A stretch of 64,000 bases of DNA from Phoronis australis (GCA_002633005.1 NMRA01000469.1:62001-126000), one strand, 5' to 3'; shown: positions 30,101 through 45,100, counted from the stretch's first letter. Notes: generated from the letters alone by a model not told the origin. Numbers and translations: made by a program.

Positions 30101-33100
30101 TTCAAAAAAATCTGTGATTTTGGGTATAGACTCTACCTGTTGGTTTTTATATGGAGTCACTCTTAAGTTCTTTTACCTGACACTTGCAGACGGAGGTGCT
30201 GACATTAACCAATGACATCACAGGTTATAACATTGTCCGCTCAGCAGTTCACGAGAAGCCTACTGGTGTCAGCTTGTCGTTTGAATTCATCGTTTTACTA
30301 AATAATAATATTTCAAAATTCGATGTAAAACCCTTACAAATACATTGAGTTTTCTAACAAATGAGTTGTTTTATTTTGCTGTTACGGATTTATAGAAATT
30401 TTGAAAGTACCATAGCTCACAAAGTTTGTCGGGGTAGGCCAGCTTACCGAGGTCGATCGCGGGAAGTTCAGAGTCTGTTCAATGATGAATTGGAATTATT
30501 CTTCCGTGAAATAAAGACACTGAGGAGAGCATAGCCATGTGTTGTAATTTTAGACTTGCGAATTTCATCTGTTCAAAACAAAAAAACCCGCTCATTATAA
30601 CCCAGTGGCTCGGAACACGATCAGGCCCGTCGCGGCCGGACTGGAGACATTACGAACATAAACCAGCCGGGTTAGTCAGTTGTGAAAGTTGAAAACTAAA
30701 CTTCCAGTCACAAAAAGATTAGACCAGAGAACCAAATAAATAAGGTGCACATGAATATTTTGGTGAATTCGCGGAAACATTGCAAATCTACTTACTCATC
30801 GGGGGCCGCGAAGCCAAGTTCCCCTTCCACAGACGACCGTACAGGGAAAAGGTGTACAATAACAACGATGTGAGTATATATGTCTAAATAAAGATTCCCC
30901 TAACATCTGACCATAGCATATAGAATCGAGTTATTGAGCTTCACAGCAGCTTTCTGTCAGCAAACACGTACTGACTTAGCATGCGCTCACACGGCGGTCA
31001 ATTAGTTTTATTGAATCTAGTGAAGCCGGTAACGTAGTGTGATTTATTCATTGTTGATTTCTCAAAACATTTGCACTCACGAACATTCCTAAGGTATTAC
31101 AAATTGTATCTACTGAGACAAACTTTGACATTTTGTTTCAGTTTTATATAATCATTGGTTAGGGTGAAAATAATTCATTTTGAAACAGAACCGCTTTGCC
31201 GGCCAGACACAGAGATAGTTCACGGCGTCATATTTGGCATTACGCCGTACTTTTCATTCTTTACTGCCAGGAACCATTTCTTAAGTATTTCAGGTTCTCG
31301 AGGAAATCAAAAAAAAAAAACAATATACCCGCTTTCCTCGCACCTTCATGGTTCACACAAGCGGGAACAATAAACCACATCATAGCGGCACACACACACA
31401 CTGAAGAACCACTGACATCGCTGCGTCGTATACTCACCTTCCTCACAGGTTTACGCGACACCCTTTGGAGGGGTGAGATCGACTGTATATGAGGTGATAT
31501 GGATATAGACCAAATTAAGATGGTAACAAAAACTAATCGGGTGGCATTCTCCTTTAAAGTGTTCATAACTGCCATTTACCTTACTTTGAAAAGCATAGTC
31601 AGGATATCTAAGCCTTCCTAAACAGAAATATGTATCACAACTGTCAATTCAATTTCCCGAAAAAGAAAAAACATAAAACAATCGCGGTTTTCGTTTCCTA
31701 TACATGTTGACCACAAATTTGGCATAAGTCACCAGATGACACCACTAACACTGGCTGACAAGGCAAAATATCTCAATGTGTATTTCATACTCATGCTATA
31801 TCAGCTCTTCTTGAAAATGACTAATACCACAGTAAAGGTATGTGCTACTTAATTGTTACAGCCAAGCACAGCACTTTATTATTCAGCATCCCATCACAAA
31901 TACAACACTTCACTATTCTTTATTCCATCAGAAAATGCGATTGTACTTCGACAACTGCTCACACTAAACACACTCTGTTGAACAGTGGCACCATCACTGG
32001 ATGTGCCTATACTATGCATCAAAGTTCAACCAATAATTTGACAATAATATACCACGACACTGTTCATGAAACATTTGATCAAACAATCAATTGGCTGGTG
32101 CAGTTGTTTTTGAAGTAAAAATTATAGTTTTTGAAGTGAAAATTGTAATTTTAGGCATCCTAAATTTTAAGCAAGATTCTGATAAACTCAACACATCAGA
32201 CAAGCCCTAAACAAAGTCATATGCAGCTCCCCTATTCTCGTACATCAAAAACAATCCATCAAACCATGAGCATTGTGCTAGCTAGGTAAAATTGCAGATA
32301 TTAAGTAGATAATAATACTAATGAAAATATACGATGAAACAATAATTTTTTCATAAAATAACCATTACTCAAACATTTTAATGCACCGTAAAGAGCAGCC
32401 TTGATGCGCCAACACTGATGTATAGTTCCCACATCCTACGAGCCTGCTTATAAGTTGTATTATTTATTCAGTATCCTCAAGCAGTTTCCAAGAATATAAT
32501 TTTCTATTTTTTATATATAATTTTCTATTTTTTTAGTTTGCACAAGCCACTCCCAACCGTACAACCTAATAGTATTTCCATGCATTTTTCCATACATAAA
32601 AATTATACATATTGTAATTTTACAAGTCTTCTATGATTAGTGACAACTAGGTACTGTTTTTCCTTCGTTTTCAACGCTAAACAGGAGAGTGTAAGTGTAC
32701 AGTACGCCAATAGACAATTGACCCAGAATTTGTTGGTCACAACAGCTGAACAGAAGCTGAATTCATCATCGAAGCAGTCTTCCCTCATGACAGAATGAAT
32801 GGAAGGAAAGTTAGCAAGGTGGCCAAGCCATTCTGTAACTAGAACTTTGTCACCTCAATAGTTATTTTTGTTGTTGCTGTCATGAAACAGTAATTTGTTG
32901 ATTACTTTTGTCTTGTACTGTAGCTGTATTGTTTGATTACTTTTGTCTTGTACTGTAGCAGTTGTTCATCCATTGTGCAACAGGAATGACTAAGTGCTGT
33001 GTTAACAATTTAAGTATAAATTATTAAAAGATGTGCATGCTTACTCATTTCTGTAGTGCATTTTGCTTTTCACACATGACTTTGCCCTTGATAATGAATC

Positions 33101-36100
33101 ACGTTTTCGAAAACCTGAGCCTGGGGCAGGCCTTTATCCAGGATTTCAAAAGTGGGGTTCCCAAAATGGGGTTCCCAGTATTCCAGGGCGTAAACACCGT
33201 GACAGTGACATTTTTTTACAAAAAATGCATAGACCAAAGCTTTTACCTCCCTCTGTAGTGAGCTTTTTACTAAAAAAAAAGTAAGTGGACCAAGGCTTTT
33301 ATATCATCAGAGCTGCAGTTATAAAACAAGAAAAATGCACATAACTATGATGTGTGGTTTATATTTAGGCAACAGGTGTCATTGCTGTTCCATATTAAAA
33401 CCTTAAAACACACATTGAAAAGCATGAAACGGGCACAAACTCAAAAATTTTCAACAGACACATCTTTGTGGCACAACATAGTATTAAAATAATGACATTT
33501 ATTTCGCGTTTGATGTTTTAAAAAAGATGAAAATAATGAACTTACAGCTCTGAAACACGTTTGAAGTTACACTAAGGTATGACCACTATATAAAGTATAA
33601 GACAAGATCATAGCCAGCAGTTGAAGAAGCTTTGACAACTAAAGGTACTAATGTCTGAAAAGTGTTTGACACTCAATGCTTACAACTTACTTTGAACATG
33701 GCAATATTGTTTATACATTGTATATATTACGTTGTGTATTTCTTCCCGAGTTGAAAAAATACCCAGCACTTCAGCTGTGTGCCTCTTTCATCAACTGGGC
33801 TTCCTAGTAATCATAACAACCATAATGTGTGTCCAAACTTGAAATGTTCTGATTGACAGTGGGTGTCCAAATGATACATTGGGCGTCTTTTCCAGAGCGT
33901 CCAGATTAGTGCTAGGGTCCATTTGGACGTCCAGGACATACGCTGCATGAAGGCCTGGCCTGGGGTCTATTATCTTTGTACACATTTCCGTCTGTCAGAA
34001 TAAATATTATGTAATTAGTAGAGTTAGATGCATGGTTAAAATAGCTCAAATTTTTATATGTGTACTTTTAAAACCATGGGGTCAAATTTGTTTACATGTA
34101 CTTTTGATATTTACATGAACTTTTTGAAGTTCATCTCTTTTTTCAGGGGTCAATGTACTATAAGGATTCTGGAAACCTATGAGATCAGATTGTAACAGCC
34201 AATGATATGATTAGATAAGATCATGTATTTTTATTAGCCAATCTTTAAGTAAGTGCAATATTATAATTTGGGCAGAAGATTGGGAGACAGTCAGATGGAA
34301 TTTAGTAGTTGAAGCTATAGACATGCTTCCATGTACTGAAGAAATAGTACAGCAGAGCCATCTCATGGAAGATTCAAGAGAGGACCTTGGCAAGGGCAAA
34401 GGCTAACAAACATGAAGTTAACTCTAAGAGTTTGGCACTTGCATTGTGGGTAGTAAGATTCTGCCAACAGGTGTTGCATGATGAGTGACTGTGACTAGCA
34501 AGACTAATTGTGGGTAGTCACATACTGCTTACAAAGGTCATTGCGCCATGAAGGACTGTGACCAGCAAGTACAATGTCGTAGTACAGTGTGTGTGTTAGT
34601 TTTAAAAACGACCAACGGGCCTATAATCCAGCTTGGATAACAGATAAGAGGTTAGATTGTTTATGGTTAATTGATTGAAGTTATCTTTACAGAGGGCACT
34701 AGGCGTAGTTACTCTTCTTCATTGTTAGCGTACTAAAATAACAACATGTTTCACTTCCATTAATTAGTGGTAAGTAAATAAATTAATTACTGGATATAAT
34801 CATTCTCTCTCCATCCACGCACAATCACAAAGCATAGCCTTCTTTAAAACTAAACTCATGTAGTCAACTTCTAAAACAGTTCAAACCAATTATACAAACT
34901 CGAGATAAGTTTCTATAATTCTATGCTCCCATGTTATAGTTTACACGGAAGGCAGTTTAATCTTAGTTTGCACATGATGACCCTAGCATCCTAGTTTGCA
35001 CATGATGACCCTAGCAACCTAGTTTGCACATGATGACCCTAGCATCCTAGTTTGCACATGATGACCCTAGCATCCTAGTTTGCGCATGATGACCCTAGCA
35101 TCCTAGTTTGCACATGATGACCCTAGCATTAAAAAGAAAGTATTTTGAGTTTTTATTTGCAGGACAGAAACAACCGATTTCATAAAGGCGGTTTAACAAA
35201 ACCAGGTTTAAGACTTAAACCCAGTCTTCCAAAACCTGGTCTAATTTTAGACCTAACTTGCATTTCACCAAAGTGGTTTAAAAGTCAGAAAGCCAATTTT
35301 TGTTAGACCACAAAGCAGGTTTAGTAAAACCAGGTTTAAAGTATTTAAGCCACCCTGCTGTGTCGATCCCGATGAACCCAACAAAGAAACTATTGAAGTG
35401 CTTCAATGAAACCTTGATCACGTGGGTATACAATGGCACACACTAGTAGAACCAGTGCAGACATTTGCGAAAAAAGGTCTACTGTATTTGCCCTAATAAC
35501 CGACCATGCCCCTACAAGCGCCCCCGACGTGTTTTCAGACTTTGCTAAAATAAGCGCCCAGTCCATGAATGTGCACGTGCGAAAAGATGCCTTACCTAAA
35601 GTCATAAAATTCTACCGTAACGCCTTCAATTTATCAATATTATCCGACAGACCTGAAAAAAATTATTGTGCACCGAATTTGTAGACCACCAGCCTCGCCG
35701 CTATGTCAGTATTTAGCCGTGACTATACACTTCAAACTTCCACCGTGTCTCAAAAAGAACGCAAAAGTTTTGCTGATGTTGCGAGGAATGTGTCTTACTA
35801 TGGTCTGGCCTTTCAGAACAGACGCAGCGTACTTGTCAACGGGATTGTATTGTAGATATTTCCCGCCCTCAACAGGAATACAATTTCTTCGTACACGTGA
35901 AAACTGCGAATCGAAGACTAATAAAAAAAGCTCGACCAGTGTAAAAGCATGTGGCCAGGAAGCGCGTGCTACATACATGTACCGGCTGTCATCAAAGACA
36001 TTACTCGGGAGCTAATCCATCCATTCATGAATCAGGTAGTATAGCATCGGCAAGAAATAAATATTGGCACTAATTTCCGACAGTTTCTAATAGCATAAAA

Positions 36101-39100
36101 AATTTGTGTTATCTTTAAGAGGGATTGTTTGATTAATCATAATTGGTGTTTTTAGAGCCAAATATCCGATTAAATGACCACTGACAGTAAATGCTAACAC
36201 ACTCACACAGCCACAAAATAACTGTCAGACAGTCACGTACGCATCCAGCCAACACACGGCGACTAATAAGGGCCTTACCGAGACAAGTGATGAGACCAGC
36301 AAGTGCTGAATGAAACACGTTCTACTTTCTGCTTGTGCAAATTTCTTTTGATACAATGCACATCTAGCTCGTTAGATTGTGTGGCTCTGGCAAATGAACT
36401 CTGGTGACACGCACGCGCTTTTCACACATGCAGACGAACTTCAAAACAAACGCCATGTGACAACATGTACAGAGATTTTTTTCTCGTGTTACCGAGTAGG
36501 CCTACGATCATAGACGACACTATATAGCACAGACCTGGACTTAACCTGCCGTTAATCCCGACTCCACGGGAACTTAAAAATCTTAGGGACGCTATCTGGA
36601 AAACTTAAGGAGAATTTCGGTTAATTTGCTTGAGTTGAAACTATTTTTATTCAAGCATTCAAGCTGCCATATCGACGATTGCGAGGCAGTCAGTTGGCGA
36701 GTTTTCGCCCTGGGATTTATGCACAATTTTCTGTAAAACGATCGTAATTTAACAGCAAAGTTTGATAGCAACTGAATGAACCACTATTTTGTAGAAAGTC
36801 TGTCGTGGGTTATAAATATGTCAGAGAGCGTAAATATGATGAATCTTAGCTTCCGATTTCACCCATTTAGGAGACCGGGATTCAACCGCCTTGGGTTATG
36901 ATAAGCGCCCCCTAAAACGAATTTTTTTCTAAGCGCCCTGGGCAGTTATTAGGGCGAATACAGTAAACGCTTTTCTCATGAGGAAAAATGTCATGTCTGT
37001 GCCCAACACGCGTACACACATAAAGTACATGATTACGATTAGCCGCTATATTCCAAAATTAGTGTTTATTTTTTGCGGCCAAGAGGGGGCAAGACCCCTT
37101 CCTGGCAACATTAAATCAGAAACCAATGGAGGTGGAACTCAGAAGAATCGGAAGATGTTGTCTTCAGCAAAACCTGTAGCGCTTACGACGATGACGCCTT
37201 GCTTGACCAGTCGTACTCTGAGGAATCCGCAGGACACCATGCAGCATGTACTAGTCTACACATAGGCGGATTCAAGGGGTCAAGGGGTTCGGACCCCGTT
37301 TTCCCTTGATTTTATAGTGATATCAAATCTATAATTTTCAAATTGTTGACTTGGTCCCCCTTTTAAAAAGTCCTTGACCGACCCCCCCACTTAAAAATTG
37401 TGGATCCGCCCCTTCTACGTTTGATCTTACGTCGTGGTAAAACTGAATATTGAAAATAGTCCATTTTCACTCTAAAACTGCGTCGTAAATGCACACTGCG
37501 GCATCATTCAGTTGCACCTATATCATGCAAGTCTGTCATATTTAACAGTTAAACCTAGGTCTGACCTAGTCTAAAGTTAAAGCTTAATACAGGGCTAAAG
37601 AATATAGGCTTCATTGGTGAAATGACAACTGACTTAGACCAGGTTTAAACTGGAGTTAAACCAGGTTTTACTAGACCACTGGTCTAAAAGTTAAGCCACC
37701 TTGATGAAATGCAGATTATCTTTAAACCTGGTCTAAGTCCAGTTTAGACCAGGTTTAACTTTAAACCACCTTTATGAAATCAGCTGAAAATGTCCAAAAG
37801 TAATTTTGAGATTGATTTTAAGTACAAAAATTAGTACCCAGGCCTGAAATAAGTACACCAATGGTGACTGTATGATTTACTGTTGTCCAAGTCAACAACT
37901 GGACAAACTTACCTATCGCAAGCTCCGCCTCCTAGCGAAAAGTCACGTGACACTCGACAAACAAGCAAGATACCAGAGGAAAATACACAGTCACTAAATG
38001 ACGTTCCTGGTGGACGCTGCGACGATGAAAAAAGTGATCGAGGAAAAGAATTTTGGAGCCAGACAAAATCCAAAGAACCCCACACGGGGTTTACCTTCAC
38101 TTGAAAACTGACACGGCCACTGTTCCGATATGTTCATGTAAAGCTGGGTATTTACCTTCAAGTAGAATTATCTGCACTGTGCCATACATTTCAGGATATT
38201 TCGATCAAAATCAGTGAAGATTCGCCGATATTTTTATTCTGCCGTCTGCTAAATTCCGTCAAATGAAAGGTAGGTCACAAGTGATTGTATTTTCCCAGTA
38301 AATTAGGTCGAGTCGATAGCACTGTTTATACTTTTGATCTTCGAGCGAAGTACTTTGATTAAAAAAATCAGGTTGGTAGCTCAGGCACATACTCATCTTA
38401 TCCAAGGCAAGCAGTTAGCTCCGGTAGGTCTAGGGTTGTGTCCAAAAGTCAAATTAACGCATGGATTTGGTCATAATTCAGTGGACCATAAAGACATTTA
38501 AGTTAGCCTTCATATTTTCTGTAGTTTCATCGCATAAAGGTAGTTTGCTTTTAATTTTAAACGTACCATGATCACTAAGCTGTGGTATGGTAACAAAAGA
38601 TGACGAGTCTGGTGTTGTGGCAAAAAGTGACCAATTACAAACATAACTAAAATTAAGTCAATTCTTGGCCACAGTAAGATTAAAAAATGGACGATCGCCA
38701 CACAAATGAAGAAGTTCATGATAAATCAATGTTTCGTCTATTCGTTAGACATCATCAGGATATTTACATAGGACAACAAGTGCCAACATACATCTACATC
38801 TCAGGTGACATCTATGAAGTGAAGTGAGAGATACAGAGTAGTCAGTAGCTGTTCATCACCATAGTCGTTTTTAAAGCTTCATAAATCCACGTATCGTGCT
38901 TGAACAACTACAAAATGAGCTCTCCTTAACTCTACAGACGTAGTCTGTACTAGAAGTTCTCACCAAAAAAGTAATTCAACTGTTTATTTTTTAGTGACAA
39001 CAGTTCGAATGAAGCTTTGAGTTCAGTAATTTAGTGCCCTCGCAGCATGTGCTGATCGAATCTATCAATTTTGGTGAGAAGTTCAGTTAAATGCCAGCCT

Positions 39101-42100
39101 ACGCGTAAATGAATAACAAAAAATGCACCTGTGCTACAAAACAGAACGATGTCCATTATAGGTCGAAATAAATGTAAAATAATAAAAATGTCCTTAAAAA
39201 CAACTTTCCGGGGACTAGTGGTGGGATCCAGCAGATGCGGAGACAGAGGCCCCCAAACAAATGAAAAATCAGATAGGCCTACAGTATAGCCACCAAACCG
39301 AAAAGTACGTAGCTTCAGTTGGAACGAATGTGTTTAACCTTCGAGTAACCCAGCAACATTGTTAAGTTTAGCTGCTTGTGTTTCGTTTGGCCGTTCCATC
39401 GTTTACACAGTCGACAACATTCTCTAGCTGTATAACGGCAGTCAGAACAACACCATTTCACCATTTTTATTGCACAACGGTTTTCAGCTACAGACTAAAA
39501 TAAGCTTTAGCGACGACATTGTTTGTTGGGTAAAATGGCGGCTTGGAAATGCAGACGAAGGTGTGTCGAGAATACTGCATTCTGATTGGTTAGTTAAGTC
39601 GTCAGTCATAAGCCTGACGATAGGTCAATTGCCAAGTGGATTAAATCCATATTGCAAGGACTTATTCTGTCAGATGGGGCACGTGTATATGAACTAAAGC
39701 TAATGTACATAATACACCTAGTCAGATTTTTAACAAAATAACCATATAGTTAATGTGAAATGTTAAGTAATTTCAATTACCTACAGGTTGGTGTAAACAG
39801 GCCAATGTATTACAGAAATGACGTCACTACATCACCACCTCAAAGCGGTTCTACGAAGCCAACATCAAAGAAGTCATTTAATATAAATTTAATTACCATC
39901 ATTCAGAGATCTAAACTAATCCAAACTAAGTCTACCTAGCTTATAATAGATGAAGATGCAACTCAAATTAGTACAAGTACCGCATACCAAAAACATATTG
40001 ACGTAATGAAACAATAAAAACTACAGGTTAAAAAGGCCAGAGGTTGTATAACGAATGTTCTTTTTGTATCGGATTCGACTCTAAAATCAAGGCTTTTAGC
40101 AGATCCATAACATATCAGTACTTTCAGTAAAAGTAAAAGAGAAACAGCAATAACAAGCTGTAGCCAAACCATTTGCTGCAATAACACTATGTTAACTAAC
40201 TAATCAGACTAATGAGCCAGAGAGAACATTGACAAAAGAATGGTGAACAAACAAAGCATACCTTGCCAGATGCAGTTTAATTAAAGTTATGCGACCTGTG
40301 AACACTAGTACAGCTATATTTAGTGTTCACAATGAGGCATTTTCAAAATGTCAGGGCACTACTGATGGTGTGGATATTGACCAACATAAAACCAGTAATA
40401 AAGCCAGTGGCGTACCTAAGGGGTGGGTAGGGGACGTGAACCACCCCGGCTGACAACCTAAACTATCACGCCCTTGGCAATGGCTAAAAATGACAGAAAC
40501 GAAGTCCTTTTATCGTACGCTGATTATAGGAATAGTCTTAGTTCATCGAGTGTCACCCCAGAAAACACCCGTGACTCTACTGCTGATGGAACCAATATCC
40601 TTTAAACACATACTGCGTTTGGTGTAATGGTGCTGGGTTTGATGGACAAATTCGGTAACCGTTATGAAGTACATGTGGCAACCAGATTTTTCAACTTTCT
40701 CCGCTTACTGTTACATTGTAGCAACGCACGCATTATTGCATGGTCAACAGGGTCATTATGTTATAATTTTTCTGTACAAGCCTAATAACATAAGGTTCAA
40801 TCCAAGGCTACCATGAGTACGACCCATCCTCGAATAGGAACAATTTTTAGAACTTCAGACAATGTTATTTTAGAGTATTTGGTGAGGTTGCAGCAGTCTG
40901 AGGTGAGATGAGTATATTATCTACGTGTATTTCCTCAGATACACAATGAATTTATGGCGGATCACATCGGAAAAATGCTGAACGAAATTAAGTCAGCCAA
41001 ATACTACAGAATGACATTTGACAGCATATCTGACAAATCCCAAGTAGACCAAATGTTGAAAAGCATCATAAATGAAAACTGACAGGTGCAATGCAACCAC
41101 ATGTATAGCAGCAACTGCTAAAAAGAGTTTTTACTACAAGGTGGTCAAAGAGGCCATGGACAAGGTTCACGAAGCCCTAGAAATCCTGTAATCCAGAACA
41201 CAAAAGGTTCTGGGGAATGTCTTCACATAGCCGTCAGTGAATTCACTATCTTATGTTACATGTACTCTTAGGGTCAGGTACTTCGCAGTCAATGATGCCC
41301 AAGAGTACATTCAAACCAAAGGCATAATAGTTGACCACGTCGTTAAAAAATTAAGTCCCCAAAGATATTCTTCTAAACAATATTGTTTAAACTGCCATTG
41401 AACAAGCAACCATGAAAACCCAAGTGCATGGCATTGCAGTGGTTCAGATGAAAATGAAAACGGCAGGAGAGCAGTAATCAGATGGTCTATCGTTGACGGA
41501 CCAAAACAAAGGAGAATGTTAGAATGCTTGGACAGATTAGCAACTGAGTTGAATTTCAGAGCAATGCCACAAATCGTTGATTTGTTTGAAAACCACTAAT
41601 TTGGTCAACTCCACCGAAGATTGCATTGAGGCATGTGTAAAGAAACTTGCTGGCTTTTATGACAAAATTTATGCATCCGATCGAACTGCCATTCAAAATA
41701 CCAAGGTTGAGAAGACACTTGAAAACGGCTAAGAGTGTCAAGAATGGGACTCCGCAGGACGTAATTAAGTTCATTTGCAAATGGGAGTTTCAGCGCTCGA
41801 ACTTCGTGATAGACTAAAGTTCTTTCTGACAATTAGTGTATCTGTGGCTTCCTGCGAAAGTTTTTCTAAGATAAAGCTCATTAAAACATATTTGAGATCT
41901 AGGCACCAAACACAGTTATCAGATATGGCAATATGTTCAGTTGAAAGCTAGTTGGCCAGACACCTAGATTTTAACCCTGTCAATGACAAATTCGCATTTG
42001 AGAAAGCTAGGAACTCACCATTCATGTGAAAAGCATGCCTGGCCTATTATCACCAAGTCTAAGTGGCGTGTGCTATTTGAATACCAGTTTTCTGCATAAA

Positions 42101-45100
42101 GGCTCATCTTTAAACGTGCTTAGTGGGTGTATATTAGGAAAACTTTCTGCAGATACCTCCAATGCGTTTACTTGGGAAAATTGCATGGTTGAAAACTGAA
42201 ACTTTCCCCAGTTCCATAGAAAATGGACACCAAAACCACGAGTGAATCTTAGCTATAAACTCCTATCTGTGGGGACAAGTATGTGTCGGCAATATTGTAT
42301 ATTCCCTATTGTCAGAACATAGTCTGACAGCATTTTTAGTTGTAGTGTTTTGTTATTCTGTTTGATTGGCATGACCCCTGAGTCAAGTACAATGATGATG
42401 TAATTTGTTTACTACAGAATAGTATGGAACTTTCTAGTAGACTGAGTTCAGTAGAATGTGCTTGAATTGATGTAAAGTTTCAGTACAATGTATTAGGCTA
42501 TAAATACACAAGCACGGGTTTGTGTTAGTCAGATCAAGTCAGACAGATCAAGTCAGTTCATCAGAAGTTCAAGAAAGTTAATCAGGAGGACTGTAGTTGA
42601 GTTGCAGTGAAGAGAATCAGCAGTTACAGCGATAGTCAATAGAAAGCCAGCTATAGAGACAGCAGGTTATTGAATCAACGAGTGTAACAGTTCCTGAACG
42701 TGTCTCAGAAGTTCATCACAAGTCGAGGCTTCCCAGCACTCGCTGGACCATAAACAGACATTACTTCGGACATCTCGTTTGAGTAGGTTCATGAATGTAC
42801 AGTCGGGATTAATAAAGGATCAACTCGAACCAGTCTTCAGTCAATCGTCGCACCGAAAGCTATTAGCACCGGTCTGTAACAACCTGTGCCCATCCACACA
42901 CGGAGAAAAACGTGACACCTATCGTGGTGAGCAAAATAACACAGGAATTTTCCAATTGCACACCAGCTACATTATTGATACCACCGAGCGTAAATTAGTC
43001 GCTTCCAAATATACCCCCGCAAATTTATTTGGATTTAAATTTTGGTCCCTAAATCAATTACGCACCATAGACCTTTATGGAGTAAACTCAGGTACAGAAC
43101 TTTGGCTTCATTTATGTTCATGTGGGTGTCAGTACGTTCCTGGTGTCTTTTGGCCCCAAAGCTTAGTATACTCACTTGTGTGCACAATTCTGTTTCAGTG
43201 GTCTATTGTTATAGTGCATTTACAGCCTTGTACATGTACATGCAGTACTTGCAGTCTAAACCACAATAAATTCTGCATTTTGTGTTTCACACCACATGAC
43301 TTTCCAAACTGTTTAACCATAGTGAGGCTAAGCGGGTGCTTTGGTTTGGTGAGGGGTGGCTGCCCCAGGTGTCACCCATGCTAGATACGCCACTGAATAC
43401 TGCTGTAATAGTATGAATGAAGCTGCCTATAGGGAGACTAGAATGACCTACAAGAGTTTCAAAAAATAACTAAGTATGGAAGAACTTCAGGAAAAATATC
43501 CTGAAGCACCCAAATTTTCGTTCACAAGACTGGACACATTCAAATGCAAAGAAATGGAAACACAAAAACACACATAGTGAGCACAAATAGTAGATGGCCA
43601 TCTGGCATCACGCAAACAAACTTAAAATTGAAAGTTTTATGATACATGCCGTTAGACAGGAAATTACCTATCAATTATCATGTCTTTTTCCTTGACGATG
43701 CTGTCCGTCACTCTCTTGAGGGAGTCCCATTTGTGTGGGTCATTGGCACCACTGGTGGCCTCTAGAAATGAAGGTGTGGCCACTGAGACGGGATACATAT
43801 TCTTTGTGGCGTCCAGCTGCTGTCGTCGTAACTGCTGCTGGTGATGTACCTGCCAGTCAAGCAGGTCCAGCGGCAGGTGTGGCATAGTGGCCGACATGGG
43901 AGTACTGGTCATCTGGTAGGAGGATGGAGCATTAGTAACCATGTGGCTAGGGAATGTTGATGTGGCAGGTAGACCTACAGGTGGAGCTGTGGAGTGGACG
44001 TGAGTTGTTGGCACAAACATGTGGCTGTGTATGGGATGTACAGCTATGTTGGGGATGGAAGTCTGTCCATCTGATGGATTGGTGACATTTTGATGTGAGT
44101 AATTTGAAGTGACAACCGGCTCAGGCTGGCGTATATATCCCACATAGCCAGGATATGGCTGACTTGTGGCAGGTACTGAGAAATCCTCCAGAGTATGTTG
44201 GGTGCCATGATTAACGGACTCCTGCGTGTATAAGTCTTTACCATCCCCCATAGCCGGAATATCTTGATTAACCAGATTGCCCTGTAATGTGGAACTAGGT
44301 CGGACAGGTGTAGATGGGGCCGAGTTACACTTGCGCTCTGCTGTGTGCTCACAACTAGTGCTCCCTACACACCTTCGTGGATGTCTTCTTTCTGAAATTG
44401 ACAAATTTTGTAGATTATTACATAGCAATTGAAGTTGTTTTGCGCATAGAAGAGTAGAGATATTCCAAATTAAAAAAAAAACAATTCTTTATTAATATAA
44501 TTTACATCTTTTTCAAAAAGTTAAATTCATGATTTTCAGTTTAAATCACAGACACTGAGATTCCTTTCAGCATAGAATAGTAAAAACTGCCAATAGACCT
44601 TGATTGAACTACAGACAATAGACCATACTTGAACAACAGACAACACAGCATGCCTGTACAACAGACAATAAACCATGCTTGAACAAGAGACAAAGCAGCA
44701 TGCCTGAACAACAGACAAGAGAGCATGCCTGAACAAGACAATAGAGCATGCTTAAACAACAGGAAATTTGCAGACATGTGTGGTCACACTGTTATAACAG
44801 AGGCAGCTGTTAAGTTAGGCATGTACCAATTGTGAAACACAATGCTTGACATATCTCATTTCATTCATTAGTTTAACAAAGACATAGAACTAACTGAATG
44901 TAAAATCAGTGTTCATGTCAGCGCCACAAATCAACTAAATGGGCAATTTATCATTTTTTGTACGCAAAATCAATGAAACAAACAATGGGACAGACTAATA
45001 AACAGCTGCCAACATTGAAGTAAACCAAGTACAAGTTAAAAACAAACACTTAATCAGAAGTCAGACACGTTTTTAAATACCTCCAATCACGACATCCACT

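Larger units (their letters stand above)
35173..37783. mobile_element. Harbinger-like non-autonomous element hosting nested MITEs
   Basis: Inverted ends CCGATTTCATAAAGGCGGTTTAA and TTAAACCACCTTTATGAAATCAG, with subterminal arrays of AAACCAGGTTTAA motifs; exact termini uncertain. Confidence 0.6.

Noticed and set aside
42779-43384. 201-aa ORF
   Set aside because: It has a non-ATG start, Cys-rich random composition, lies in the hAT/LTR-like tail, and shows no recognisable domain.
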